DNA of 64,000 bases from Polyangiales bacterium (GTDB lineage: Bacteria; Myxococcota_A; Polyangia; Polyangiales; Polyangiaceae), in the NCBI GenBank assembly GCA_038231275.1, contig JBBRLQ010000009.1:32001-96000 (forward strand), given 5' to 3'. How positions within the stretch are numbered: the first letter of the stretch is position 1; each line of letters starts with the position of its first letter. Below, one piece after another: positions 63,617 to 64,000 of the stretch. The position numbers and the translations under genes were made by a program. A model generated the notes under the pieces. The model did no database searches and was not told the DNA's origin. It saw only the letters and a program-made list of their open reading frames with translations.

Positions 63617-64000
63617 TTACTTCGCGGCCTGCGCCGCCCAGCCGTCCTTGAGCGTGATGGTCCGGTTCATGACGAGCGCGCCGTCCTTCGAGTCCGCGTC
63701 GACGCAGAAATACCCGATGCGCTCGAACTGCACGCGATCGAGCGTCTTCAGCGAGGCGAGGCTCGGCTCCACCTTCACGCCCTTCACGACCTCGAGCGAG
63801 CCGGGGTTCAGGTGCTTCAAGAACGCGTCCTTCTCCTCGCCGGCGGTCGGATTCTCGACCGAGAAGAGGCGATCGTAGAGGCGCACCTCGGCGTCCTTGG
63901 CGTGGCTCGCGCTCACCCAGTGGATGGTGCCCTTCACCTTGCGTCCGTCGTGCGGCGCGCCGCCTTTGCTCTGCGGGTCCCACGTGCACACGAGCTCGAT
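63617..64000 (-). CDS. glnS: Glutamine--tRNA ligase, C-terminal part (truncated by the window)
   Basis: DGRKVKGTIHWVSA, AEVRLYDRLF, LNPGSL, QFERIGYFCVD and NRTITLKDGW. Confidence 0.95.
   Translation of the reverse strand: MELVCTWDPQSKGGAPHDGRKVKGTIHWVSASHAKDAEVRLYDRLFSVENPTAGEEKDAFLKHLNPGSLEVVKGVKVEPSLASLKTLDRVQFERIGYFCVDADSKDGALVMNRTITLKDGWAAQAAK

Overview
A high-GC (roughly 70% by eye) bacterial chromosomal segment. Its many Ser/Thr kinases, Cys-rich lipoproteins and Pro/Thr linkers suggest Myxococcota, probably Polyangiaceae-like (inference). The first 13.4 kb holds a purine-catabolism locus: a three-subunit xanthine dehydrogenase-family enzyme, allantoinase, an allantoicase fused to OHCU decarboxylase, HIU hydrolase, a PuuD-type membrane urate oxidase, and a CitE-superfamily (DUF6986-like) enzyme. 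The most notable signal is that this PuuD has no C-terminal cytochrome c (no CxxCH). It instead carries a cupredoxin-like domain with a full type-1 copper ligand set (H...CDIHPWM), so it is a candidate copper-linked urate oxidase. The rest of the window contains an orphan DNA methyltransferase, a frameshifted alpha-2-macroglobulin followed by an AAA ATPase/vWA-metallopeptidase pair, and cell-wall genes (VanW, LysM lytic transglycosylase, glmU, murA). It also has a FadL channel coupled to a 1297-aa lipoprotein, hisG, comEA, an ECF sigma/NrsF-like pair, an M1 aminopeptidase, a small nucleotidyltransferase toxin-antitoxin-like islet with gene remnants, an SPFH/PD40 cluster, a tandem arrestin-like protein and the 3' end of glnS. 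A (GTCGGN)n hexamer microsatellite recurs in coding and non-coding DNA. I saw no rRNA, tRNA, CRISPR array or intact transposase. All calls come from motif recognition by eye; no database searches were run.
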